Source of the DNA: a virus
Lineage: Duplodnaviria; Caudoviricetes
Reading direction: 5' to 3' (one strand)
Virus record (IMG/VR): IMGVR_UViG_3300022752_000089
Location: 1-54,532 of that record
DNA length: 54,532 nt
Made by a program: the position numbers and the translations under genes. Shown in pieces: positions 54,333-54,532 of the stretch (positions are counted from its first letter, which is position 1; every line of letters begins with the position of its first letter). The notes beneath the pieces were generated by a model. The model worked only from the letters and a program-made list of their open reading frames with translations. It did no database searches and was not told the origin of the DNA.

Positions 54333-54532
54333 TTATTCTACTTGGTCAAGGTGAGCAGCAGAATCCAAATAATCGGAGTCTGTAGTACTTTTGTTTTCAA
54401 GCATTTCCGATAGAATGAATTTAGCAATATTCAATTGCTTGCGGATGGTTACAGGCATTCCGTTTGATTTACCAGCGGGAAGCAATTCCTGGCAGTCCGA
54501 TAAAATACCCATTACAACCATTTCCAGACCGG
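54333..54532 (-). CDS. hypothetical protein, probably 5'-truncated by the window edge
   Basis: Frame open to the window end; GILSDCQE...RKQLNIAKFIL. Confidence 0.65.
   Translation of the reverse strand, partial: GLEMVVMGILSDCQELLPAGKSNGMPVTIRKQLNIAKFILSEMLENKSTTDSDYLDSAAHLDQVE

Overview
A 54.5 kb segment of a large T4-like myovirus. Spanins, a GH19 endolysin and consensus sigma70 promoters point to a Gram-negative host; a freshwater proteobacterial host is only a guess. Left to right: an array of 14 standard tRNAs plus one aberrant tRNA-Gly-like RNA; GroES; a DNA polymerase (gp43) split into two genes by an HNH endonuclease plus a micro-ORF, with no intron or intein; UvsX; gp41; a DUF4338/DruA-like gene beside a PD-(D/E)XK nuclease; a ~12 kb glycan-synthesis island; a late operon of proteins with T4 internal-protein-like N-termini (MKxFxxFLxE), whose first three members (ligase-like KxDG protein, PD-(D/E)XK-like protein, HIGH nucleotidyltransferase-kinase) are extremely histidine-rich; a lysis cassette; primase, ThyX, NrdAB, thioredoxin, RNase H; a HExxH-vWA protein; a PlcP/LpxH2 + Agt-like lipid-remodelling pair; a non-coding convergent junction; and a GC-richer minus-strand early region with duplicated promoter cassettes and a structured RNA with GGA-loop hairpins. 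All family calls come from motif recognition, not database searches, and residue counts were done by hand.
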